Positions 28,094 through 40,651 of a stretch of 64,000 bases of DNA are shown piece by piece. The notes under the pieces were generated by a model. That model did no database searches. It was not told the origin of the DNA and saw nothing but the letters and a program-made list of their open reading frames with translations. A program made the position numbers and the translations under genes. The DNA is taken from the NCBI GenBank assembly GCA_051362555.1, contig CM120643.1:12374644-12438643 (forward strand). Direction: 5' to 3'. The stretch is from Lingula anatina (Eukaryota; Animalia; Brachiopoda). Each line of letters opens with the position of its first letter. Position 1 is the first letter of the stretch.

Positions 28094-28520
28094 TTGGAAA
28101 AACCAAAGCAAACTAAAATATCTAGAGTGCGGTATTAAGAAAAGGAAATAGTCTTAAATATTTACATTATATAAACGATTTTAAATACATTTAGTAAAAG
28201 GACCCCAGTACCCCTTGTAATTTGGAAATTATAAATAAAACCAAAAATATACTAATACAAACTAACAGAAAGAGAACGCTTAGATTATTTTGAGATAGTA
28301 TTTTACATTTCAAACTTACAAAAAAAAAAAAAAAATGCTTACCTTCACAAATTAATGTACAGATATAATCCTAACTTTAAGTAAAACAACCTTAGTATGA
28401 TTTTTGTAATAAGTAATTTCCGTATTTTTTTACTTTCTTTTTTTTTCTTTCCAATTCATTTTTCATTTTCATGATTACAATTATGCTGATTAAAGAAGAA
28501 AAAATGTCATGTCCACTTAC

Positions 28521-29460
28521 CGGCAGGCACGATGACCCGCTGTCCTTGGGAGTGGGAACGTTGCTGTTGTTGCTGTTGTTGTTGTTGTATATGATACATC
28601 TGTTGTTGCTGATGTAGGTGATGATGATGATGATGATGTTGATGATGGTCATTCCGCAAGTCGTCTGCGCGACAAGTGTCAATGTTATCACATAACGGGC
28701 GTTCTATCTTACACGAGATGTTACCGCCAGTGGTGGAAGGCGGGGTGCTGGTTAAGTGTTGTTGTTGTTGTTGTTGCACCGTTGGGGCAGCTTGCTGGCT
28801 TTGGAGATTAAAATCTGATTGGAATAATTTTCTTGAATCCATACTTTTGTAATTTCTGGGTAAATTATCTTTTACAACTTGATACGAGTCTACCGTGTTG
28901 GACCCAAGAGGCGGGGGTGTATTAAAGGCGGATCGATTCTGCGTTTCTTCACACCCTCCTTGCAACGCAGACGACACCACCACGCCTAGGTCTGCGCCAC
29001 CTCCCATGGCGCAGTCGGTCCAGTCGTAAGACCGCGCGTGCAGCATGTCGTCCTCTCTTTTCAATTTGATTTTGGTTTTATTGAACGTGGAAGACTTGTG
29101 AAATATTATATTAGGCGGTCCAGCGTATGTCTCTTCAAAATCCTTCCAGTAATTCGGCCCCGCAGACGACTGTTTTATATTTCGTGGGCACCCTATTTTA
29201 AAATCGTCTGCCGATTTGTTATGATTGTCAATGCCGTAATGAGGTGGCAAATATCCAACCTCGGCAAATACTGTGTTTGTCTTGCTCCTTTGAGAAACTT
29301 CGCAATTCTCTACCTCGCAGTGTTTAGCCGGGCCTTCTTCTGTGTCAGTATATGGTTTTTTATCAGAGCGATTGATTAAAAACAAATCCTGCGAAACCGA
29401 GTCCGATTCTGTCCCCCGTGGTTTCTCAACTCCTAATGGTTCCTCTGTGGCCTCTAAATC
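28521..29460 (-). CDS. ERG: ERG large N-terminal exon (940 nt, phase 0-1) with polyQ/polyH
   Basis: ttaatag|GATTTAGAG... open to ...QRVIVPA G|gtaagt. RVIVPA|D is the conserved ERG/FLI1 junction into the PNT exon. Contains ORF 28507..29385. The 5' boundary is less certain than the 3' boundary. Confidence 0.85.
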
Positions 29461-30125
29461 CTATTAATAAAAATCAGGCATAATCATCTTGTTTTATTTT
29501 TGTATATGATCTGCCTTGTCACAATTATAATAAATCTGTCTTTATGAGATAGCAATTAGCGATTTCTTGGAGGCTGTCTGCTTCTCCCGTTTTCCCATCC
29601 CATAATTTCCCACACCACACATTTTCATCCATCAAAATTAATCAAATTGAAACGCAACGTCATCTTAAATCCGATACAAACACCTTAACGTCAGTATTTG
29701 ACTCTCAGGTAATTAATTGCATTCTTATTCGGGGGTGAACGTAACATGGGTGCACTATGTTAATCTAGTGACTTGTTTTTTGGCCAAATAGCCGAATTAC
29801 ACCAGTCTCCAAGGGAATCAGCGTTGTTAGCAGGCCGGTGTACCGAACGTTCTTTACTGGTAGGTGGGAGTCGTGGCCAGCGTGACGAATTAAGCAATTA
29901 ACGGGTGCTGAATAAGTATTAACCAGACGACAGCACCGCGTAATGAGCGCCTATCCCATTTCTGAGAAAATCCCATCAATTATACCTGTAACCCATTAAT
30001 AAGTTCCTATACATTTTCTACAACTACCTTTAGACGCCCGCGATCTGTCGTTGAAATGAGCAATAAAATCGCGTGGACCGTTTACTTCGTTTCATAAGCA
30101 GGCGTTAAAAAAAGCGTCTACTCAC

Positions 30126-30128
30126 CAT
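30126..30128 (-). CDS. Candidate start codon at the end of a mostly non-coding first exon (ATG|gtgagt)
   Basis: ...GAATTATG|gtgagtag. Phase 0 joins the 940-nt exon to give MDLEATEEP and completes a 1983-nt in-frame CDS. Confidence 0.5.
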
Positions 30129-32664
30129 AATTCATGAAACCGTGACTGCATGAGGCGGCACGCGTAATAGTGTCAAGACCCGACCGCAGCTCTACATCAA
30201 CGTAGAATAACTGGTCGAATGAATAAACATTTCTGATTTCGCGACGTCTCTCTCTCTCTCTTTCTCTCTCTTTCACTTACTTTTCAATCAAATCAAACCC
30301 AGCAGACCTGTTTGGTGATCTTGAGTGGACTTCGACAACTATCGGTATGTTTACAACGGAAACTTACGTTATCAGACTTGTTCACGAAGGAAACGAGGCC
30401 TGTATCTCCGGAAAACCTCCACACCGAGCTACAAGTGAGTCACATCCGCTCGAAAAGTTGGCATGAAAGAACGCTGAACTGGTCCAGGATACCCCGTGAC
30501 AGAGGTTCACGGACACACATCCCTTATTGTCTCGTACTGACCAATTCACTTTTCTGGACTACTGTCGGGATTTTCCCCTCTGCGTTTTTTTTTTCTTTTC
30601 TTTTATTTCCTAATTTATTTCACATGCCCATTGCAGTTTTTTCAGTGCAGCTGCATATCGTTGTGATTCATATAAATATGTAGGCTACAAATGTTATGTC
30701 TCTTTTTTTCTTCACATTTAAATGTGATTAAAATAAAAAAAAGTTACATAGCTTCACTTTTTTAAAAGTTAAAAAAAAAGTTACTAACTTAAAGTCATCT
30801 ACGTAACTAGAAACGAGATTCCTCCCACGGCTTGTTGTCAATGGCTTTCATTCAACACCCGAAGAAATACAACTTTCATAGTTCATCATTCTACGAATTA
30901 CACATTTTAACATTAACTAGCCTGTTTTCGACCTCATTACACTTACTTCCTTTCGACTTCTTATCAGGGAAGTCTTGGCCTAATATATTTAATGTCTTCC
31001 GTGGAGCAAAGGGCATTACGTATTGAGATGTTCTAGAAATTTAGTCTCTGCTGATACTGATAGCGTTTCAGAGGCCGGTTTTAGAATGTTTGCGCCGCTC
31101 TATATTTCACGATAGAATGAAAAAAATAGGAAATGTTCTGTACCTGTGTCATATCATTCTGAACATACTCCACGATATTTAGCAACATGTAAATATAGTA
31201 AATATATTGTTAATTTTTAGAGAGATTGCCAAGGCCGCATGAATTGACTAAAATATTATTTAGAATCACATGCAAAATCTGGGATTGCTGTTTCGACAGC
31301 CTGGTGAACATTTAGGAGTCATTTATTTTCATCATCAAACATGTATTCACAAGTCTAAAAAGGGTAGACGTTTTCCAGACCCCTTCCTCCTCCTCTCCCC
31401 CCCCCCCCCCCCACCCCCAAGAGGGTACAAATTGAAAATAAAAAGATGATGATCTTTAACAGCAATGTGGATGATCATTTCCCTTATTTTTCAAAACCGT
31501 GCAAAGGGCACCCCCTACCCGGCGTAGATTGTACACTTGTGAAAATGATGATAAAAATGGATGGCCCCTTATGGATATCTTCCCATAAAAAGCTGGTGAT
31601 CCAATTTTGCTTTTGTTTGACAAGATGATGCGTAAAAGATTTGACTGGAAGAACACCAAGTCACCAAAAGCACAGGCGATCTGGCCACGCTCTTTACGCC
31701 AAGAGGGTATATAATATATACAGATTAAGGCATCGTCAAAATTTAATTCTTACAGTTGGGCCATCTTACCGATGTCTTTGTACATGACTTCTTCACATGA
31801 TACAGATCAGACATTCGGGGGAGTTGGTTTTTCATTTCCATTCACATGACTAGTCATGTGAGCATGCTCGTTTGATGACGTTTTGTAAGACCGTGCCTCA
31901 TCAACAGAAAACATTTTTGGTCACTCTAGAAAGGACATAGAGATGACCTTCACTAGCTGTGTTATGTACTAGAAACAAAGAAGTGATTTTTTTTACCAGC
32001 AACTAATATTGTCAAGAAGACATTCCATGATTTAGTTGGTATTTCCATTGTGTATACTACGCAAATAACATCGGAAAAATGTACTAATTAACTTGAAAAG
32101 AAAAAGAAAATACGACAACCTATCTTGTATACGTTTATACTGAAAAAAAATACTTTATTCTTAAAAACGACTCATTTTTATCATCAGTTTAAGTAGGTAT
32201 TCCTAGCTCTCGGCGTCTCACTGACCTAATTTGTCCGCCCACCATCAGCTTAGCGCTCGCCGTACTAGTGTGCGCTTGCCTTAACAAATTCGCATCAAAT
32301 AACCGTTTAAGAATATATTTTTTTCTTGATTTATTCGCCTGCTACATTTCTGCCTTGGTTAACAACATATATGTATGTAAGCACTGTTTTCATTTTCATT
32401 TTGGCAACTTCTCTTTCATTGACTGAAATTCCAATGTACAAAATAGGGCCTACCGATTCACAGCATGACAAAGTTACCCTCTACAAGGTCCAAAAACAAA
32501 ATTCTCACGAGATATTCACATACCGGTATATTGTTTTGCTAATTTCTGTAGTGCGAGAAAAAATTTGCGCAGAATTTCAGGAATGACGTCACGACCCAGC
32601 TGCCCTCTCGCAGAGAGTATAGCGAAGTCCCGGTACATATATTTTAAACACTGTTTTGTACATC

Positions 32665-32898
32665 AGGTGCGTTTACACGAGGTCTGAAGTTGGACCGTTA
32701 AACGACTAAAAAGTCACAAGACAAGCGCACCAATTTACCAGTCGGGCGATATGTACTTGTGCGAGAGAGGGTCTGTAGACAAATCCCACCGCCTCTCAGG
32801 TAATGAAATCATAACCGACTTTATTTGGTCGTCTGCATGGCGACGTGTTTTCGAACTTACATCGGTTTAAGTTTCAGGCTGCGTCTGAACGCGTCCTA
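32665..32898. mobile_element. Degenerate MITE, PIF/Harbinger-like
   Basis: Imperfect TIRs of about 35 bp: aggtgcgtttacacgaggtctgaagttggaccg versus reverse-complemented aggacgcgttcagacgcagcctgaaacttaaaccg. Confidence 0.5.
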
Positions 32899-35800
32899 AG
32901 GCCTCTTTCTGCACGTAAACTACGGGCTGATTTATTTCAGTGGTGATTTCTGGACACAGTGGCTTGTTTGAAGCAGTGGTAAAAATTGAAGACTTTCACA
33001 CAAACTGTGAATGAATCTGTGGTTTTCAGCACGCTTTGTGGCCTGTTATCAACACAGAGATGGTTGTAGTTCTATTTGACTTCTATCTGTGGCGAACATT
33101 TTTTCGGTGTCTTCGTGAATTAAGAGGCAGGTTAAAAGAGTTAGGATATTTTGAATATCATTTCCGTTAAACCTGTGTTTATTTTATCTATTTGTCACTT
33201 ACTCTTAATAGTTTATCATCAGCTTCTGAATTTAGATATTACCGCCGAAAAGCTGATTTGAAGTGTGTAAAAGTCATAGTACAGTTTGCAAATAAAACCA
33301 CAAGAATGAATTATCGACAAGTGTCAAAAAAGAGACATTCCATAATTAAGTTGGCATTTCCTTATTGCGCTGTGCAAATATTAGCGGGAAAGTGAAATAC
33401 AAAGATAAAAGAAAAAGAAAATATAAAAACATAATATGAAACTATGGCAATTTCTAAATTAAAAAAAAAAATTTTTGGAAAGCTAGGTAAAGGATTGGTT
33501 AATGCTCAATTTCATATTTATTGTATCTTTTTTAAAAAACAAAAATACAGACGAAAAATCATTCGTGGAAAATCTATATTTGACAAACGAAAAAGGACAA
33601 CCGTAGTAAAGCGTCCATGTCACTGTAGGTGGCAATTTGCGGTAGCATTACAATTGCGCGCGACCGTTTTAAACCCTTGTACAGTAGCGTTCTTCGATGA
33701 AAAATTACGTCCTCTTTTCTGAGAAGCCTAATAAAGGGGCAATTGTCTTTTTATTCGAACCAAAAACACAAAAACAACTTAAATGTAAAGCGCAATACTC
33801 ATGACTTAGCCGGCCGATGGGATAGTCTTTCAATATGGCGGTTAGTCAAATTTCTATGTATTTTTTGCTGCGGGATATGTTTACTTTTAAAATCACAAGT
33901 GTTTACAATGAAATTCATTTATTATTATTATAATTATAATTATTATTATTTTATTTTTTGTAGAATATTGATTTTTATAAGAATTTCTTAGATAGGACAT
34001 CCTGCGTTTATGAACACGCGTTTCTTAATGCTTTTTTTTCTGAAATCACAGCATTTGGAACGTACTCTCCACGAAAAAAAACCCTCAAAAACTTCCCTGA
34101 TTCACAAATAAAACTGTCTTTAACTGGTAAACGATCACGCGGATATCCGTTGTTGGCTACGATTTTTAGAAACACATCACAATTTCCTAAATGCTTCAAA
34201 ATTTTAATCCAAGCCAAAATTAAGAATGAAATATTGAATAAGAGTGGTTTCGAACTGTCAGCTGACAAACTATCAATGCATCCGCAATTTTCCTTACCAT
34301 CATATCAAAAAGCATGTTGTCTTGTTTGTGATAATGAAAGACTCAAAGATGCAGTAGTTCCGATCTCGAATTAACCATAATATTCTTGTCACAAATTCAT
34401 TGCTTTTCAAATATACCAAAAGGTAAATAATAATATTTGTTCCCTTGGCAAAAGACCTAAAGAAACAACAAAGCAATTATTTTGGAATTGTGATGCTACC
34501 CAAAAAACTACTGACTGAATTGGCAGAACATATATATTATCTAAAACTCAAGTCACTCTACCTACATAAAAAATTGCTTGAGCTGGCTATTCGAGCCTCT
34601 CCTCAACTATTAATCTGATTTTATTAAAAATTAATTTTATTAATTTTATTAAATTTTACTTACTTAAAGAGGTACTTACAGGGTAAATCAACTATTGAGA
34701 GGTTTAATATTCTCTTTTGGATAATTGATAAAACAGATAAGTCGCTCTGTCTGTGCATTTTGATATAATTAATTTCTTTTCAACCTGAATATTAAGCGTG
34801 CGACTAATTAATTAAAAGTGCCAAAGCATGACACATTTTTTCTTAAGTATGAGAGTGTGGATGTTGTGTTTTTTGCTTTTCTTCGTACTATCCTGTATTT
34901 GTGATGTATTGTGCCAATAAAAAAGAAAATGAAAAGTGCTTTTACAAAATTTACATCTTGAGTCGAAAAAAAAAATCCAAGTTCATTAAAGGCATTTAGA
35001 TTTCTTTTTAAAGTTAAACGTGTTTTGTTACAACATCCTGAAAACATCCGCAGTTCCGTTTACAGAGAAGTAGTTTACGTGAAATTTATGGCTAATTGAA
35101 ACATTACCAATAGAATATAGCTAAATACCAATGTAATGAAACAGAAATACATATTTTTCATGTAGATTGAGAACACAGTCTTACTTAATACCGTTACTTT
35201 CTGACATAACATTCCGTTTCAAACAGTTGTGAAGAATTTGTACAATGCTATCTAGTAACACTACAGAAATGACTCTATTGTATTTGCTTGTTTTAACTTT
35301 TTTTCTCGCATGATGTCATTTCAAGATCTGACCCCGTCGTATCACTCTATCTACGCTCCCCACATACATAAACCTACTAAAACAAAGCAAAATAGTAAAA
35401 AGAAACAATGAATCGCTGAATATGTACAGCTGAACTACCCGGTCTCTTTATAAATATAAATCTGACTTCATTTCTCTTGCCCGTGATATATGACATGTGT
35501 ATTTTAACACTGAAAATAAAAAATGCAAGACATCATTTCCCGGGAAGAAATCCACACGTTTCTAATAAAAGCAACTCATTCCCACTAATCGAAATCCAAC
35601 CAGTAGAAATAATACATGGCCAAATGAACAATCCTTGTGTGAACCAGTGGGATAGATGTCAATAGAAATAATATTATAAGCAAAGGAATACAGTAATCAT
35701 CTGTTAGAAAATGACTTCTTTCCAATTATGTTCATGAAAGTTGTATGTTTTAACCGTTTACAAGTTAAGGTCAGCCAGTGGAGTTGTATACATGTATTTA

Positions 35801-36135
35801 AATAATAAAATCCCTTTTAAGTCAGTTATATTTGATTAGTTGAAAAATTGGCAAAAGAAAATAACAAAAAAGTGTGATTTCCATGGCATGCATAAAATAA
35901 TTGTTTGTTGGGTGCAATCATATCTAGGCCAAGATATCTCGACTTACTGTCACAGAAACTTATCGTGTCAAGCTTACAGAAATTCTATCGACAGAAAAGT
36001 AAAGAAATCCCAATAACGAAAAGACGTCGCCGTCACTATCTTTACCGAACCCAATTACACAGAGCGTTGTAACTACTTTCCGACTTTCAACTCACATGTG
36101 AGGACCATAAAACAAATATTTCCTTTCTCACTTAC

Positions 36136-36304
36136 CAGTCGGAAGCCTCGCTATTTCTCTCGGATGTGTTGGCGCTTTTATCACGGATGTACAATCGTAC
36201 GGTCGTTTTGTAAACCCGCCTCTGTGTTCAAGGAGGCTTCCTCCGGTTTTTGCTTCGTCAACGGATAGATTTCTGCCCGTAATGTCATCAGGGGTTTTTT
36301 TTTT
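36136..36304 (-). CDS. Candidate alternative upstream ERG exon (169 nt, phase 0-1)
   Basis: catttcatctccaagcag|AAAAAAAAAACCCCTGAT...CCGACTG|gtaagt. Open frame KKKTPDDITGRNLSVDEAKTGG...HPREIARLPT(D), with the same phases as the 940-nt exon. No upstream start exon identified. Confidence 0.4.
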
Positions 36305-38335
36305 CTGCTTGGAGATGAAATGTTCGATCGATCAATCGACCAATGCTGCTGAAACACCTGCGAGGCACAGGCAACCGTGTGCTATGGAATTACCGGGGGA
36401 TGAAAAAGTTCATGGCATAACTGTCAAATTTATTTATTTATTGAAAATCGTATATTTACTTTGCCCTTATAGGAATAAATTAAAAATTTATCAACTTTGA
36501 GTGAAATTCTCTTAAGCGGTGCAATGACGCCGTGAGTTCAGTTTAAAATGAACAATTTATAGAAATCCTCTGAACGGTTAAATGTTTTATGAAAATAATT
36601 AATAATTTTGATAAAAATCAAGATGATATTGTATATATTAATTTAACTTTTGATGTTAATTTTGATGTGACCTATATATATAGAAGGGATTGGTTAATAT
36701 TTTTTTGTCAACAACATTTCTGGGTTTTTGAAAATATACCTCGAAAATATATTTTATTGCACTTACATCATAAACAACACGCCACTAAGCTGCAGAGAAA
36801 TAATATTATTGAGAGTTTAGTTCCAGTTATCACGTACATGACATTTTTTCTTCCTTATTTCGTTCATTTCTTCATAACCTGACTGAAAATGCATGAAAAT
36901 ATTTCAAAGCCAGAATACAGGGAAGACGTACAAGTTTGTTCAGGTGAGAAGGTTCAAAATTTAAAAAAGGGCAGAAATATTCTAAATGAAAGACAGCTTC
37001 GACTCATTATGTGAATAAAAATGAGAGACAGACCCAAGCAATTCTTTATAGGTAAATCAGTTCAGCCAACCGAGATATTAGCAATGGGGAGGTATTTTAG
37101 AAAATACATGTAACACCCCCGTACAAAACTCATTCGATGGGTTTTACTAAGGCGTATCTGCAGGTTAAACAATCTTCTCTTTAGTATTCCACCGTAGGGA
37201 CCACAAACAGGTGAAATCGGCAATCTGTAGAACGATCGGAAATTTAAACAACGATTTTTTCCTCAATCTCATTCTGTGCAGGAAGTGTGAGGCCATTCAC
37301 TGCGGCAATTTTTATAGAATTCTGCTCACACGTCAAGGCACTCGGGCACCTGCTCTCCCAGTGGCTGTTAGGTAAGAACACGAACAGCGATGAATGTTAT
37401 TAAATCCATCTTTTGCTGTCCACTTGAGTCAGCTGTAGCCTGATTGAAGGAGAATGCTGGTATTTCGTGATATGTTTGCTGATTCAAATGGCAGAGCCCT
37501 CTAGCTCTCTCACACACACGCACGCGCGCGCCTGCGCCTCGCTGTTTATACACGTGTACAACCTGTTAGGCACACCCACGCACACACGCGCGCGGGCGCT
37601 CGAACACACACACATATGCACACACACATGCACTTACATTCTTACACATGCACTTAGATTCTTCAGATATGCGTGGTGGTTACCCGATTCTACATCACAG
37701 TGTGTTAGAGGACCGTGCACTGTCTCATCTCAAAGAGCAATCGAGTAAAGTACATTGGCACAGCCAAACACAATCACTGCTTGTACGAGCAGGGCCTGCT
37801 TGATCGAAAACAGATAGCGATGTTGATAGCGATGTTGTCGTTAGCTTCGAAGCTTTATATTTGCGAAGAGTCTTCCATGTCGCAATTGCCTATGTGTATG
37901 CGTAATTCATCATTTTCACAGTGACTCTATTCAAGGACGTATATTGTTCATTATACGTCCTTGCTCTAATGCAAATAAACATGGCGGGAAGTTTGGTTGC
38001 TTGTCAAAATAGCATGTAACAAAGCATGGAAACATATAGCCTCTGAGAGAGAAGATGAAACTGAAAAAAAAAACTCTGCCATGGAATCTCGCCGTCTCAA
38101 AAACCTCGTATTGTGTTTTTCCTAAAAATGTTTTTCCTAAAAACGTTTATAATGTTATGTACATAGAATATTATTTCATCAAAGACAAAAAATACATTGA
38201 TTAACATTTTATAAAGTCATTTTATTGTATTATCTTGTGTATGTTATCATGACCGTATTGTGTGTGGTTTTATGAGACTGAGCACTATTCAACAATGCAG
38301 TAATAATGTTAGTATCATAATAACACGTCGCTTAA

Positions 38336-38484
38336 ATCCCTTTCACACTAGACGGCGTTCAAAGGACGCACAGCGGACGCAGACGCCTTTACACTGAGAC
38401 ACGATTTTATTTCTTTGGCGATCGTTGAGCGTCCTGACCACATTTTTGATTGCAGAAAGGAAGCCGTCCAGTGTAAAGGGGCCT
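38336..38484. mobile_element. MITE, PIF/Harbinger (Tourist)-like
   Basis: TIRs ccctttcacactagacggc and gccgtccagtgtaaagggg, with TAA/TTA flanks. Confidence 0.6.
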
Positions 38485-40397
38485 TTATCGAAATGGTGGA
38501 ATAGCGCAATGATATAATATATACCAAAATAAATTACAAGTAATTTATTGTTTTGAAATATTATTTATGTCAAATACTTAAAATTTCAGTATTTTAAATT
38601 TTGCTTTGTTCTATAAATTAAAATGCTGTACTTTCTAGCCATATGCGGTCATTCTGTGCTCAATTTGATCAATTCAGTTAATGAGAGAACCTGTGGGTAT
38701 CAACAGGATGCTGACGTCACTGCTGTCTAGCAATCGTTGCTTTAAGTACCTACTAGTTAAAACTCCAGTTGTCCACTGCATGCGACCAAGAAGTTGAAAC
38801 TTGTTGATGCGACGCACAAGAACGTAATTATATCTAGGAGTAGCTGAGATATAAGTTGCTCTTGTATGTCACTTACAGTGGACGACGACTAATGATAGAA
38901 ACAGTACGAGTCGCCGAGTTGTGCGTGGAATATTATGTGTGTATTGTCGAGTCGCATGCGAGACAATACACAAGTAAATTTAATATTTCGTGAGTAAATT
39001 TCAGCTCGATGATGAGAGTTTTGTCTAGCTTAAACCACAGTTTCTGATTGGCTACAGCACTGCTCTTGCAATATTTTACTCTTACATGTTTAGGGCTTAC
39101 TCCATCCTGGAGGCCAGCTGGATGAAATAATGATGAAATAAATTCCATGCAAAAATTATCTCTGGTTCAGTACAGAAAATTGTCAAGAACAAGCCAGGGA
39201 CATATTTGGGAATTTCAGGTGAAAATCTTTGGTCCCGAAGTAGAGTATTTTTAAAGGTCCTTTGTGGTCGCTTTGCCCATCATGTGTTGGACGATGGAAA
39301 ATGAGGGTGAACACCTGTCTTCGACGTGTTTAATATACCCTACCAATCTCTTTAATACGATAGCAAAAGAGGGACCACCCAGAGATTTTAAGATTCTGTC
39401 GACAATTTTGCGGTTATTGAGAATGTACAGGCCCATAACCAGCAATGTCAAAAGAAAAAAATTCATGCACTTGGATCATATTTTACCCAGAACAGACCAC
39501 CTTTTCCCCATTAAAGGCGGTTCGTTCTCAACCCCCCCACCCCTCCCCCACCTTCGAGCCTGACATTGCAATGAGAAAACCAGCACATATATGTGCGCGA
39601 AGTAGGCCTATTACTAAATAGAAAATGTTTTTGTTTTTCGAGTGGCACACCTGGCATAATTTCAAAGAGGTTTATATAAAAGACATTGGCCAGAAAACAT
39701 TTACTTACACCCCCCCCCCCCCCCCTTATCAGGTTATGCAAATACTCCACGTGCCTATACCCAAACTGGAAAAAAAAAACGGTTACATTTTAAGATGGTA
39801 GAAAATTTACTCTGAACGTGTACAGTTTGATTTATTTGATTTTCACATTCTGTACTTGAATTAATTAGTTGCTCATGTAAGAAATTGTGAATCACAATTT
39901 GAAGACAAAAATGTGAGCTTTTAGTTTAGCATGGTGCGAGGTTTCAGTAGATACTGCTTCTTAAAATTTAATTAACTACTCGACTCAATAGGTTATTATT
40001 TTTTATTCATTTCATTTCATTTTATTTATTTATTTATTTATTTATATATCTATTTTTGAAGATTCGCGGTAAGAACTTAAGCTTGATATTCAGATACTGG
40101 GCCCAAAGTTGGAGTAACGGTACTGTATGTCAAATACAACACGGCTAATTCTTTTGTTCTACGCGATAGCCGTGGTTTAAAATTAACTTATCCCATGGCT
40201 GGTGCCTCGAAAATCAAACATGGTTTGTAATCTGTGCACTATATATATTCCTAAGAGCATGCCTGTGACCTCATTTTCACCTCTATATTGGGTTTGGGTG
40301 TAAGCCGTTTGTTCGAAGCCCCAATCGTGGGAGAAGTCAGTTGCAGTACAACTACTCGTCGTCCACTCTGTGCGACATACAAGAGCAAATTATATCT

Positions 40398-40561
40398 CGG
40401 TGTGGCAGGAATGGTAGTCCTAGGAATGGAAGTCTGGGGCCCCATATGATAAGTACATGTTAAGCTTAGTCGTAGTTTTGGGTTAGTATATGGACCTATA
40501 CAAAGTAATGGCCATGGGAACGGACTACAGTTCCCAGCGGACTACCATTCCTGTCACACCG
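40398..40561. mobile_element. MITE with CGGTGT termini
   Basis: 23-bp TIRs CGGTGTGGCAGGAATGGTAGTCC and GGACTACCATTCCTGTCACACCG (1 mismatch), subterminal repeats of the same motif, and internal gggttag. Confidence 0.75.
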
Positions 40562-40602
40562 ACATGCCTTAAACATACGTAACAACTCTGCTTTGTGGTA
40601 TA

Positions 40603-40651
<49 letters not shown>

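Noticed and set aside
29038-29379. Plus-strand 113-aa ORF, and likewise 1051..1260
   Set aside because: Both are antisense to real ERG exons.
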